Of a stretch of 64,000 nucleotides of DNA, positions 26,000 to 35,846 are shown piece after piece (the stretch's first letter is position 1; the number at the start of each line of letters is the position of its first letter). A program made the translations under genes and the position numbers. The stretch spans positions 19,949-83,948 of the forward strand of contig JAXDAV010000074.1 of NCBI GenBank assembly GCA_034679465.1, in the 5' to 3' direction. The notes beneath the pieces were generated by a model, which did no database searches, was not told the origin of the DNA, and saw only the letters and a program-made list of their open reading frames with translations. The stretch is from Candidatus Aminicenantes bacterium (GTDB lineage: Bacteria; Acidobacteriota; Aminicenantia; Aminicenantales; Saccharicenantaceae).

Positions 26000-28900
26000 C
26001 TATTCGTACTCGGCCCAGTGCTTGATCGCCAAGTCGGCCGGCTTTTTGGCGGCCAGGGCCTGGACGAAGAGGTCGGCGGCCTGGAGGTTGGTCAGGATGG
26101 GGATCGAGTAGTCGACGGCCAGGCGGCGGAGCTTGTAGGCCGAGTTGTACTCGACCCGTTTCGCCGGGTTGGGGATGGAGATGACGAGATCGATCCGGCC
26201 GCCCGCGATAAAGTCGCGGATGTTCGGGCCGCGGCGCTCGTGGACCTTGAAGAGGCGCGTGTTGCGGACGCCGTTGTCCTTGAGATAGGCCGAGGTCTTC
26301 TCGGTCGCGAAGATCCGGTAGCCGAGGCCGGCCAGGGTCTGGGCGGCGCCGAGGAAGCGGCCCTTGGACTCCTCGCCGCCGACCGTGAGCAGGATGTTCC
26401 GGCGCGGCAGGCTGAAGCCGGTCGAGAGGATGGCCTTGAGATAGGCCTCGTGGACGTCCTCTCCCAGGCAGGCCACCTCGCCCGTCGAGGCCATCTCGAC
26501 GCCGAGGACGGGGTCGGCGCCCCTGAGCCGGGAGAAGGAGAACTGCGGCGCCTTGACCCCGACGTAGTTGAGGTCGAGCGTCGTCTTGTGGCTGTGGGCG
26601 GGCCGTCCCATCATGGCGGCGACGGCCAGCTCGACGAAGTTCGTCCGGGCCACCTTGCTGACGAAGGGGAACGACCGCGAGGCCCGGAGGTTGCACTCGA
26701 TGACCTTGATGGCGTTGTCCTTGGCGATGAACTGGATGTTGAACGGCCCGGTGATCGCCAGGGCCCGGGCGATCTCGCGGCCGATCTCGCGGATGCGCCG
26801 GATGGTCTCGATGTAGAGCTTCTGCGGCGGCAGGACCATCGTCGCGTCGCCCGAGTGCACGCCGGCGTTCTCGACGTGCTCGATGATGGCCGAGGCCGTG
26901 ACCTCGCCACGGTCGGCCACGGCGTCGAGCTCGATCTCCTTGGCGTTCAGGATGAACTTGGAGATGACGACGGGATACTCGGGCGAGACGCGGGAGGCCT
27001 TCTGGAGGTAGCGGTCGAGGTAATCCTGGTTGAAGACGACGCTCATGGCCGCCCCGCTCAGGACGTAGGACGGGCGGATGAGGACGGGGTAGCCGATCGT
27101 CCGGGCGAAGCGCTTGGCCTCGGCCACGCTGCGCAGCTCGCGCCACTCGGGCTGGTCGACGCCGAGCTCGTCGAGGAGCCGGGAGAACTTGAAGCGGTCC
27201 TCGGCCCGGTCGATGCTGGCCGGCGGCGTCCCCAGGACGCGCACGCCGGCCCGGTGGCAGCGCAGGGCGATGTTGTTGGGGATCTGGCCGCCCATGGAGA
27301 GCAGGACGCCCAGCGGCTTCTCCTTCTCGTAGATGTCGAGGACCCGCTCGAAGCTGAGCTCGTCGAAGTAGAGCCGGTCGCAGATGTCGTAATCGGTCGA
27401 CACCGTCTCCGGGTTGTAGTTGACCATGATGGTCGCGTAGCCGAGCTTCTTGAGGGCCAGCGCGGCGTTGACGCAGCACCAGTCGAACTCGACCGAGGAC
27501 CCGATGCTGTAGGAGCCCGAGCCGAGGACCATGACCTTGCCGGGGCGGCCGCGGCCGTTCCGGAACGGGACGTCGTCCTCGCGGCCGTTGTAGGTCACGT
27601 AGAGGTAGTTCGTCCGGGCCGGGTATTCGGCGGCCAGGGTGTCGATCTGCTTCACGGCCGGGACGAGCCCGAGCGCCTTTCGCCGGGCCCGGACCCGGAG
27701 CTCGGAGGACCCCGTGAGGAGCGAGATCTGCTTGTCCGAGAAACCCTTCCGCTTGGCCTCGAGGAGGAGGTCCGGCCCGACGGCGCCGAGGCGACGGCCC
27801 TTCAGCCGGGCCTCGCAGTCGACGACCGACTTGATCTTGTGCAGGAACCAGCGGTCGATCCGCGTCAGCTCGTGGATGCGGTCGACGGTGAGGCCCTTCT
27901 TGAGCGCCTCGGCGATGCCGAAGAGCCGCTCGTCGGTCGGCTGGCGGAGCTCCTTCTCCAGGCTCCGGAAGGAGTAGTTCTCGTTGGCCACCAGGCCGTA
28001 GACGCCGACCTGGAGCATCCGGGCCGCCTTCTGGATGGCCTCCTCGAAGGACCGGCCCACAGCCATGACCTCGCCGACCGACTTCATCTCCGAGCCGATC
28101 TTCTTCGAGACGCGGCCGAATTTCTTGAGGTCCCAGCGCGGGATCTTGACGACGAGGTAGTCGAGGGCCGGCTCGAAGCAGGCCGCCGTGACCTTGGTGA
28201 TCGAGTTCGGCAGGTCGGGCAGGGTGTGGCCGAGGGCCAGCTTGGCGGCCACGAAGGCCAGGGGGTAGCCGGTGGCCTTGCTGGCCAGGGCGGAGCTGCG
28301 CGACAGCCGCGCGTTGACCTCGATGATGCGGTAATCCCCGTCGCGGGGGTTGAGGGCGTACTGGATGTTGCACTCGCCGACGATGCCGAGACGGCGGACG
28401 GCCTTGAGGGCGATCCCCCGGAGGCGGTGGTACTCGTCGTTGGTCAGCGTCTGCGACGGGGCGATGACGATGCTCTCGCCCGTGTGGATGCCCATGGGGT
28501 CGAAGTTCTCCATGTTGCAGACGGTGACGCAGTTGTCGGCCCGGTCGCGGACGACCTCGTACTCGATCTCCTTCCAGCCGTCGAGGTACTCCTCGATGAG
28601 GACCTGCGGGGCGGCGGTGAAGGCCCGCCGCAGGGCCTCCCGCAGCTCCCGCGGCGAGTAGGCGATGCCGCTGCCCTTGCCGCCGAGGGCGTAGGCGACG
28701 CGGGCCATGACCGGGTAGCCGATCGTCCCGGCCGCGCGCAGCCCGGCTTCGACCGTCCGGACGGCCAGGCCGCGGGGGGTCTTGAGCCCGGCCTGGGCCA
28801 GGGCCCGGTTGAAGAGCTTGCGGTCCTCCGTCTTTTCGATGGCCTCGACCGGCGTCCCGAGGACGGGCAGGCCGGCCTCGGCCAGGGCGCCGCTCTTCCA

Positions 28901-29197
28901 CAGCGCGATGCCGCAGTTGAGGGCCGTCTGGCCGCCGAACGAGAGCAGGAGGCCCTGGGGCCTCTCCCGGGCGATCACCTTCTTGACGAAGGCCGGCGTC
29001 ACGGGCAGGAAGTAGACCCGGTCGGCCATGCCTTCGGAGGTCTGGATCGTGGCGATGTTGGGGTTGATCAGGACGACGTCGAGGCCCTCCTCCTTGAGGG
29101 CCTTGATGGCCTGGCTGCCGGAGTAGTCGAACTCGCCGGCCTCGCCGATCTTGAGGGCGCCGCTCCCGAGCAGGAGGACCTTCTTCGGCTTCTTCAT
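26000..29197 (-). CDS. carB: carbamoyl-phosphate synthase large subunit
   Basis: 1065 aa with duplicated ATP-grasp halves. N-terminus KKVLLLGSGALKIGEAGEFDYSGSQA. Confidence 0.96.
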   Translation of the reverse strand: MKKPKKVLLLGSGALKIGEAGEFDYSGSQAIKALKEEGLDVVLINPNIATIQTSEGMADRVYFLPVTPAFVKKVIARERPQGLLLSFGGQTALNCGIALWKSGALAEAGLPVLGTPVEAIEKTEDRKLFNRALAQAGLKTPRGLAVRTVEAGLRAAGTIGYPVMARVAYALGGKGSGIAYSPRELREALRRAFTAAPQVLIEEYLDGWKEIEYEVVRDRADNCVTVCNMENFDPMGIHTGESIVIAPSQTLTNDEYHRLRGIALKAVRRLGIVGECNIQYALNPRDGDYRIIEVNARLSRSSALASKATGYPLAFVAAKLALGHTLPDLPNSITKVTAACFEPALDYLVVKIPRWDLKKFGRVSKKIGSEMKSVGEVMAVGRSFEEAIQKAARMLQVGVYGLVANENYSFRSLEKELRQPTDERLFGIAEALKKGLTVDRIHELTRIDRWFLHKIKSVVDCEARLKGRRLGAVGPDLLLEAKRKGFSDKQISLLTGSSELRVRARRKALGLVPAVKQIDTLAAEYPARTNYLYVTYNGREDDVPFRNGRGRPGKVMVLGSGSYSIGSSVEFDWCCVNAALALKKLGYATIMVNYNPETVSTDYDICDRLYFDELSFERVLDIYEKEKPLGVLLSMGGQIPNNIALRCHRAGVRVLGTPPASIDRAEDRFKFSRLLDELGVDQPEWRELRSVAEAKRFARTIGYPVLIRPSYVLSGAAMSVVFNQDYLDRYLQKASRVSPEYPVVISKFILNAKEIELDAVADRGEVTASAIIEHVENAGVHSGDATMVLPPQKLYIETIRRIREIGREIARALAITGPFNIQFIAKDNAIKVIECNLRASRSFPFVSKVARTNFVELAVAAMMGRPAHSHKTTLDLNYVGVKAPQFSFSRLRGADPVLGVEMASTGEVACLGEDVHEAYLKAILSTGFSLPRRNILLTVGGEESKGRFLGAAQTLAGLGYRIFATEKTSAYLKDNGVRNTRLFKVHERRGPNIRDFIAGGRIDLVISIPNPAKRVEYNSAYKLRRLAVDYSIPILTNLQAADLFVQALAAKKPADLAIKHWAEYE

Positions 29198-30312
29198 CCG
29201 GCGGCCTCGAGGAACTCGTCGAAGAGGAACTCGGTGTCGGTCGGGCCGGGGCAGGCCTCGGGGTGGAACTGGACGCCGAAGACGGGCTTGCGGACGCGGC
29301 GGACGCCCTCATTCGTGCCGTCGTTGGCGTTGCGGAACCAGGCGGCCCAGCCGCGCGGCAGGCTCCGCGTGTCGACGGCGAAGCCGTGGTTCTGGCTGGT
29401 GATGTAGCAGCGCTTCGTCCCCTCCTCGAGGCAGGGCTGGTTCTGGCTGCGGTGGCCGAACTTGAGCTTGTAGGTCGACGCGCCGGCGGCCAGGGCCAGG
29501 ATCTGACTGCCGAGACAGATGCCGAAGAGCGGCACGCCCGCGCCGAGGAGGCGGCGGACCGCGGCGATCGCGGCGGCGGCCCGCTCGGGGTCGCCCGGGC
29601 CGTTGGAGAGGACGACGCCCTTTGGGGCGAAGGACAGGATGCGCTCGGCGTCGGAATCGGCCGGGACGCGGACGACCGAGACGCCGCGCCGGACGAGCGA
29701 GCGGACGATGTTCATCTTGGCCCCGCAGTCGACGAGGACGATCGCCCGCCGGGCCTGGGGATTGTAGATGCGGATCTCCGGGGTCGTGACCTCGGCGACG
29801 AGGTCGCGGGCGTTGGGGTCGGGGACCTCCCGGGCCTCGCGGCGCAGCCGGGCCGGGCCCGCCGGGTCGTCGCCGGCGTCGAGGAGCCCGGTCATGACGC
29901 CGTGGACGCGCAGCTTCTTGGTCAGGGCCCGGGTGTCGAGGCCCGCGATTCCCGGGACGCCGCTCTCCCGGAGCCAGTCGTCGACGGTCTTCCGCGAGGT
30001 CGCGTGCGAGGGCCGGGCGCAGAGCTCGGAGACGATGTAGCCGGCGATCTGGGGCCGGTCCGATTCGAAGCGGTCCGGGTCGACGCCGTAGTTGCCGATC
30101 AGGGGATAGGTCTGGCAGAGGATCTGGCCCCGGTAGGACGGGTCGGTGATGCTCTCCGGGTAGCCGACGATCCCGGTATTGAAAACGACTTCCCCCCCGA
30201 TTTTGGCGCTCGCGCCGAAGCCTAGGCCTTCGAGGACGGTCCCGTCCGCGAGGGCCAGCGTTGCTCTGCGAATGAGGTCAGCCTCCGTGTCATTTTCGGG
30301 GCAGTATAGCAC
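29194..30312 (-). CDS. carA: carbamoyl-phosphate synthase small (glutaminase) subunit
   Basis: 372 aa with the catalytic GICLGSQILA Cys and HGFAV, overlapping carB by 4 nt. Confidence 0.95.
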   Translation of the reverse strand: MLYCPENDTEADLIRRATLALADGTVLEGLGFGASAKIGGEVVFNTGIVGYPESITDPSYRGQILCQTYPLIGNYGVDPDRFESDRPQIAGYIVSELCARPSHATSRKTVDDWLRESGVPGIAGLDTRALTKKLRVHGVMTGLLDAGDDPAGPARLRREAREVPDPNARDLVAEVTTPEIRIYNPQARRAIVLVDCGAKMNIVRSLVRRGVSVVRVPADSDAERILSFAPKGVVLSNGPGDPERAAAAIAAVRRLLGAGVPLFGICLGSQILALAAGASTYKLKFGHRSQNQPCLEEGTKRCYITSQNHGFAVDTRSLPRGWAAWFRNANDGTNEGVRRVRKPVFGVQFHPEACPGPTDTEFLFDEFLEAAG

Positions 30313-30456
30313 AAGCCCGGCCGGGCCTCAAGGGCCGGTCGGGGCCGCGGGCCGTCGGGAGGAGGCCGTCTCACCCCTTGAACCCCCGCCGGGGGGCATG
30401 GTATTTTCGTCGCGGAAGAGGATAATGGAGCCGGGAATTGCGCGGTGAGGTGAGCC

Positions 30457-32475
30457 ATGCCTTCTGACGACGGTCACGGGACGACCGGCGCTCCCGAGCG
30501 CCGCGGGCCGGCCTCCCCGTCCGTCCCCCTCCCGGCCGAGAAGGACGAGCTCATCCGCTCGATGACCGTGTCCCTGCGCGTCGCCTTCAAGATGGCCTCG
30601 ATGTACAACGCGGACCATCCGGCCTTCAAGAGCAGCGTCAACGAGCTCATGGCCAAGCTCGAGGCCCTCTTCGCCCACATCAATCCCGTCTCCATCGGCT
30701 TCTCGCCCCACGCCCTGCTCATCGACGGGCGCTTCTGGGAGGGCGAGCGGACCTACATGGACCTGGCCCAGCTCTTCCACTTCCGCAAGATCAAGCGCCT
30801 GGAGATCCGCCCGGGCGTCCCCCACGCCGAGTTCATGCGCTTCGCCTCCAAGATCATGCTGCCGGTCAAGCTCTTCATCAAGGAGGGCGGCGCCCAGGCC
30901 ATCATCAAGCGGGAGACCATCACCCACATCTCCGTGGACACGCTCGACTACTCGGTCCTCCTCCAGGGGGAGGGCGAGGAGATCAAGGAGATCTGGCCCT
31001 ACCTCCTCATGGAGGCCGTCGAAGAGGACGACCGGGGCAAGCTCGAGGAGCTGGCCGGCTCGTTCGGCAAGGTCGTCGGCAAGTTCAACACCGAGGACCT
31101 CATCCAGAACGAGGAGCTGCACAAGAACTTCGCCAAGTTCTTCCACTATCTCAAGACGACCTCCGAGGAGAAGCACCGGGTCGCCTCCAAGCAGCTCCTG
31201 AAGACCATCGTCTCCGCCCGCAAGACGCCGACCGAAACGAAGTTCGAGAACCTCAAGCTCCTCATCTCCGACCTCAGCGAGGAGGACCTGGCCTCGACGC
31301 TCTGGGAGGAGATCATCGGCAACGACAAGTTCGACTCCCTGAGCTTCAGCATTTTCTCCCGGATCATCGACAAGGAGCGGCACAAGAAGATCGCGACCTC
31401 TCTGCACGCCCTGTTCCACACCGAGGACCCCCAGAACCGCCGGGCCCAGACCGAGTCGAAGATCCGCATCCTCATGTCGGGCATGTCCTCGTCGCTCCAC
31501 TCCGAGATCTACCGCCAGACGCTCTCGAGCCTCCTCAACGAGATCTCCTTCGACCAGAAGCTGACCCTCGACCATCAGCTCCTCCGGCGCAACTACCGCT
31601 TCCTCCTCCTGGTCCTGCTGTCGCAGGACGGGCCGAAGGAGACGGCCACGGCCGAGCTGGTCCGCCTGGGCGAGGAGTGGGACGCGGTCCTCCAGGAGAG
31701 CGATTTCGAGTTCCTCCTCGCCCTCCACGAGGTCCTCGAGGCCAAGGCCGCGGACCTGGCCGGCGAGCCGGCCTTCGAGGACCGCCGGAAAGCCATCGCC
31801 GAACACGTCGAAGGCTGCCTCCTGCACGGCGATTCGGGCCCCGAGCTCGACGCCTTCATCGACCGGCTGGGCCGGAGCCTCCATGATCGGGAGGCCTACG
31901 CGGGCACGGTGTTCAAGGACCGGATCGTCTCGGCCTCGCTCCTGAGGGCCTATTTCCGGTTCTTCCCCGACGGGACCGAGGACCTCCACGTCCGGATCAG
32001 GAAGAAGTCCTCCGACAGCGAGCTCCTGGGCCGCATCGCCGACGCCCTGATGCTCATCGACACCCCGGCCTCCCTGGAGACCCTGAAGAAGGTCTTCGAG
32101 GCCGGCGACGCGGGGGTCAAGGTCAAGGCCCTCCAGGCCATGCAGAACCTCAAGGAGCACGACGAGGCCTTCCTCTTCCCCATCCTGGAGAAGCGGAACG
32201 AGCTCATCCAGGCCGAGGCCCTCATCCTGCTCATGCGCCACGAGCGGACGAAGCACGTCGCCTTCACCAAGCTGTTCGGGATCGTCTCGCCCTACGGGCT
32301 GAGGAACAAGACCCTGCTGAGGAACCTCGGCATCGTCGAGCGCTACGGCCTGCGCGAGGCCGCCTCCTATGTCGGGGCGTTGTCCGAGCGCAAGGATTTC
32401 TGGAACCGCAGGGTCCGGCAGGCCGCCGAGGCCCTGATGGCCAAATGGGGACTGGAGATCTGGCGTGAGGGATAA
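30457..32475 (+). CDS. hypothetical all-helical protein (672 aa): sensor-like N-domain paralogous to the downstream HD-GYP protein, plus a HEAT/ARM-like C-terminal region
   Basis: The N-terminal ~130 aa (MYNADHPAFKSSVNELMAKLEALF ... RLEIRPGVPHAEFMRFASKI) align by eye with residues ~15-110 of the next protein. The C-terminus has repeats resembling HEAT (LETLKKVFEAGDAGVKVKALQAMQNL..). No HD or GYP motif is present. Confidence 0.6.
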   Translation: MPSDDGHGTTGAPERRGPASPSVPLPAEKDELIRSMTVSLRVAFKMASMYNADHPAFKSSVNELMAKLEALFAHINPVSIGFSPHALLIDGRFWEGERTYMDLAQLFHFRKIKRLEIRPGVPHAEFMRFASKIMLPVKLFIKEGGAQAIIKRETITHISVDTLDYSVLLQGEGEEIKEIWPYLLMEAVEEDDRGKLEELAGSFGKVVGKFNTEDLIQNEELHKNFAKFFHYLKTTSEEKHRVASKQLLKTIVSARKTPTETKFENLKLLISDLSEEDLASTLWEEIIGNDKFDSLSFSIFSRIIDKERHKKIATSLHALFHTEDPQNRRAQTESKIRILMSGMSSSLHSEIYRQTLSSLLNEISFDQKLTLDHQLLRRNYRFLLLVLLSQDGPKETATAELVRLGEEWDAVLQESDFEFLLALHEVLEAKAADLAGEPAFEDRRKAIAEHVEGCLLHGDSGPELDAFIDRLGRSLHDREAYAGTVFKDRIVSASLLRAYFRFFPDGTEDLHVRIRKKSSDSELLGRIADALMLIDTPASLETLKKVFEAGDAGVKVKALQAMQNLKEHDEAFLFPILEKRNELIQAEALILLMRHERTKHVAFTKLFGIVSPYGLRNKTLLRNLGIVERYGLREAASYVGALSERKDFWNRRVRQAAEALMAKWGLEIWREG

Positions 32476-33874
32476 GATCAAGATCTGCTTCATCTACCTG
32501 ATGAACGCCATCCAGGCGGGGAAGATCTACACCGGCGACCACCCCAAGTTCAAGGAATACCTCAACCGCCTTTACGGCGTCGTCCAGGAGATCCTGGAGG
32601 ACCGCAAGGAGCTCGTCCTCGGCATCATCGGCGGCGAGGCCGCCTGGGAGGACGAGATCTTCTTCCATCTCCGCGGCAAGCTCGGCCTGCTCATCGACTT
32701 CCTGGAGAAGAACGGCGTCGAGCGGATCATCTTCCAGCAGGGCCTGCGCTTCGAGGAGCTGCGCGAGTTCATCATCTTCCTGACCCGGGTGAAGCGGCAG
32801 GAGAAGATCAGCGAGCAGGAGTATTTCAATCTCCACGGCATCCAGAACATCCGGGCCGGCAAGCTCCGGACCATGGTCCGCGACGAGGCCATCGCGCCGG
32901 AGGTCGAGGAGACGCGGACCCGCTACGAGAGCTCCGTCCACACCGTCTCGAACGCCCTCAACGTCGTCCTCGAGCGCGAGGAGGTCGACTATCTCGACCT
33001 GCGCTTCAACGTCCTGGGCATCATGGAGGACTTCGTCGGCCGCCACCAGGAGCTCCTCAACCTCGTCTCGGTCAAGAGGCGCGACCTGGTGACGTTCGTC
33101 CACCTCCTCAACGTCACCCTGCTCTCCATGTTCTTCGCCTCCAAGCTCCAGTTCTCCAAGGACGACGTCCTCGACCTGGGCATCGCCGCGCTCTACCACG
33201 ACGTCGGCAAGCTCTACATCTCGCTCAAGGTCATCCAGAAGGAGTCGAAGCTCTCCGAGGGCGAGTTCCTCCAGGTCCGCAACCACCCCCTCCTCGGGGC
33301 CCGCATCCTCGAGGGCTACAAGGACGCCCTGGGCATCCTGCCGATCGTCGTCTGCTACGAGCACCACCTCCGCCACGACCTGACCGGCTATCCCAAGTCG
33401 CCCTACGCCCGGCGGCCCCACCCGGCCTCGATGATGGTCAGCATCTGCGACGTCTACGACGCCCTGGCCCTGAAGCGGTCCTACAAGAAGGATTACCCGC
33501 CCGAGAAGATCCACGAGCTCATGATGCTCGAGCGGGGCAAGATCTTCGATCCCCAGCTCCTGGACAAGTTCTTCCAGTTCATGGGCGTCTGGCCGATCGG
33601 GACGCTCGTGGCCATGAGCGACGGCCGGGTCGGCGTCGTCCGGGCCGTGAACGAGGCCGACATCGACCGGCCGTCCGTCCAGGTCCTGGCCCCGGAGAAC
33701 GCCGGCGAGATCGTCGACCTGGCCTTGCGGCCGGACGTCCGCGTCGTCGGGTCCCTGAACCCGCAGGCCGAGGGGGCGCCTTACCTGCCGCTCCTCGGCC
33801 TCCCGGCGCCGGCGGAGGCCGAGGCCGGCGATGACGGCCGGGGCGGCGAAGACGACGAACCGGATATGGAGTAA
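32465..33874 (+). CDS. HD-GYP domain protein (putative c-di-GMP phosphodiesterase) with an uncharacterised N-terminal domain
   Basis: 469 aa with a GTG start that overlaps the upstream stop by 11 nt. Motifs AALYHDVGK and EHHLRHDLTGYP (HHx3Dx2GYP) and DVYDAL. Confidence 0.85.
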   Translation: MRDKIKICFIYLMNAIQAGKIYTGDHPKFKEYLNRLYGVVQEILEDRKELVLGIIGGEAAWEDEIFFHLRGKLGLLIDFLEKNGVERIIFQQGLRFEELREFIIFLTRVKRQEKISEQEYFNLHGIQNIRAGKLRTMVRDEAIAPEVEETRTRYESSVHTVSNALNVVLEREEVDYLDLRFNVLGIMEDFVGRHQELLNLVSVKRRDLVTFVHLLNVTLLSMFFASKLQFSKDDVLDLGIAALYHDVGKLYISLKVIQKESKLSEGEFLQVRNHPLLGARILEGYKDALGILPIVVCYEHHLRHDLTGYPKSPYARRPHPASMMVSICDVYDALALKRSYKKDYPPEKIHELMMLERGKIFDPQLLDKFFQFMGVWPIGTLVAMSDGRVGVVRAVNEADIDRPSVQVLAPENAGEIVDLALRPDVRVVGSLNPQAEGAPYLPLLGLPAPAEAEAGDDGRGGEDDEPDME

Positions 33875-33885
33875 AGGAGACCGAC

Positions 33886-35715
33886 ATGTGCGGCATCATC
33901 GGCTGTTCCGGCGCCCGGGACACCGTTCCCGATCTCATCGAGGGGCTGCGGCGGCTCGAGTATCGCGGCTACGATTCGGCCGGCATCGCCGTCCTCAACG
34001 GCGGCGGGCTCGAGCGGCGGCGGGTCAAAGGCAAGGTCCGCGACCTGGCCGAAGAGGTCCGCCGGCGCCCGATCTCGGGCGCCTGCGGCATCGGGCACAC
34101 CCGCTGGGCCACCCACGGCCGTCCGAGCGAGGACAACGCCCACCCGCACACCGACTGCAGCGGAACGATCGCCCTCCTCCACAACGGCATCGTCGAGAAC
34201 TACTGGGCCCTCAAGGAGAGGCTGAGGGCCGAGGGCCACGTCTTCAAGACCGAGACGGACACCGAGGTCATCGTCCACCTGGTCGAAAAGCACTTCCGCG
34301 GCTCCCTCGAGGAGGCCCTCCGGGCCGCCGTCCGGGAGCTCGAAGGGGCCTTCGCCGTGGCCTGCATCTCGTCGCGCGATCCGGGCAAGATCGTCGCCGC
34401 CCGCAACGGCCCGCCGGTCGTCGTCGGCTTCGGCGACGGCGAGAGCTTCCTGTCCTCGGACCTCACGCCTCTGCTGGCCCACACCAAGCGCGTGGCCTAT
34501 CTGGGCGACGGCGAGGTCGCCGTCCTGACGGCGGCGGCGGTCCGCTTCGCCAGCTTTGCCGGGGCCCCGGTCGGGAAGACGGTCGAGACCCTCGACTGGG
34601 AGCCGGCCATGATCGAGAAGCGCGGCTTCGCCCACTTCATGTCCAAGGAGATCTTCGAGCAGGCGGACGTCGTCCGCGACACCCTCAAGAGCCGGGTCTC
34701 GCTCGACTCCGGGCGGGTCTTCCTCGACGACACCGGCCTCGACCCGGCGGCCTTCCGCGAGGCCTCGCGGGTCGTCCTCATCGCCTGCGGCACGTCTTAC
34801 CACGCCGGCCTCGTCGGGAAGTACCTCATCGAGACGCTGGCCCGCGTCCCGGTCGACGTCGAGTACGCCTCGGAGCTGCGCTCGCGCGACTTCGTCATGG
34901 ATCGCGGGACGCTCGTCCTCGGCATCTCCCAGTCGGGCGAGACGGCCGACACGCTGGCCGCCCTCCGCCTGGCCCGGGACAAGGCCCGGGCCGTCCTGGC
35001 CGTCACCAACAATCCGAGGTCCTCGATGGCCCGGGACGCGGACGGCCTCCTCGACCTCCACGCCGGGCCGGAAATCGGCGTCGCCGCGACCAAGACGTTC
35101 GTCGGCCAGATGGCCGCCCTGGCCCTCTTCGCCCTGGCCCTGGCCCAGGCCCGCGGCGCCCTCGGCGAGGAGGAGAGCCGGGCCCTCGTCCGGGAGCTCC
35201 AGCGCGTGCCGCTCAAGATGGACCGGGTCCTCGGCGGGGCCGCCGCCGTCGAGCGGGCCGCCCGCCGCTATCTCTCCTGCGAGCACTACCTCTTCCTCGG
35301 CCGCTGGATCAACTTCCCCATCGCCCTCGAAGGGGCCCTGAAGCTCAAGGAGATCTCCTACACCCACGCCGAAGGCTACGCCGGCGGGGAGATGAAGCAC
35401 GGGCCCATCGCCCTCATCGACGAGGGCATGACCACCCTGGCCGTCGTGCCGCGCGACCGCGTCCACGAGAAGATGCTGTCCAACATCGCCGAGGTGAAGG
35501 CGAGGAACGGCCGGATCCTGGCCGTCGCCTTCGAGGGCGACGAGCGGGCCGGGGCCGCGGCCGAGGAGGTCTTCCCCATCCCGGAGACCCACGAGCTGTT
35601 CACGCCGTTCCTGACCGTCCTGCCCCTTCAGCTCTTCGCCTACCATTCCGCCTCGGGCAAGGGCCTCGACGTCGACCAGCCGCGCAACCTGGCCAAAAGC
35701 GTCACCGTCGAATGA
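33886..35715 (+). CDS. glmS: glutamine--fructose-6-phosphate aminotransferase
   Basis: 609 aa with Ntn MCGIIG, two SIS domains and the C-terminal KSVTVE. Confidence 0.96.
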   Translation: MCGIIGCSGARDTVPDLIEGLRRLEYRGYDSAGIAVLNGGGLERRRVKGKVRDLAEEVRRRPISGACGIGHTRWATHGRPSEDNAHPHTDCSGTIALLHNGIVENYWALKERLRAEGHVFKTETDTEVIVHLVEKHFRGSLEEALRAAVRELEGAFAVACISSRDPGKIVAARNGPPVVVGFGDGESFLSSDLTPLLAHTKRVAYLGDGEVAVLTAAAVRFASFAGAPVGKTVETLDWEPAMIEKRGFAHFMSKEIFEQADVVRDTLKSRVSLDSGRVFLDDTGLDPAAFREASRVVLIACGTSYHAGLVGKYLIETLARVPVDVEYASELRSRDFVMDRGTLVLGISQSGETADTLAALRLARDKARAVLAVTNNPRSSMARDADGLLDLHAGPEIGVAATKTFVGQMAALALFALALAQARGALGEEESRALVRELQRVPLKMDRVLGGAAAVERAARRYLSCEHYLFLGRWINFPIALEGALKLKEISYTHAEGYAGGEMKHGPIALIDEGMTTLAVVPRDRVHEKMLSNIAEVKARNGRILAVAFEGDERAGAAAEEVFPIPETHELFTPFLTVLPLQLFAYHSASGKGLDVDQPRNLAKSVTVE

Positions 35716-35846
35716 CCCCTGGACTGTTCATAAGAACGCCGGGTTTCTCCAAGCCCAACAAGGCCAAGGCCGGCGTCTTTATGAATGGTCCGGGGCTTGA
35801 TGGACAGGGGGGCTGGGAGTATTCTTGATGGCGTGAGGAGAATCCG

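Noticed and set aside
25965-29407. Very long alternative-frame and antisense ORFs in the track (e.g. 25965..29312 minus, 1115 aa; 26018..29407 plus, 1129 aa). Similar ones occur at 51..860, 836..2170, 2373..4235, 4956..6413, 6383..8515, 9137..10951, 13051..15291, 20380..22635, 22512..24092, 30328..32493, 33781..35646, 38079..40451, 49488..51776, 52704..54641 and 61038..63554.
   Set aside because: Their translations are low-complexity Arg/Gly/Pro/Asp/Ala strings with no recognisable motifs. Each fully overlaps a gene with clear family signatures in another frame. Stop-codon-poor shadow frames are expected at this GC content.
30457-32475. The 672 aa protein as a degenerate HD-GYP enzyme.
   Set aside because: No remnant of the HD..H..HH..D..GYP motif series is visible. 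Only the N-terminal domain is shared with the neighbouring HD-GYP protein, so it is better described as a non-catalytic paralogue of the sensor domain fused to helical repeats.
33875-33885. glmS ribozyme/riboswitch upstream of glmS.
   Set aside because: Only 11 nt separate glmS from the preceding stop codon, so there is no space for the ribozyme core of about 170 nt.
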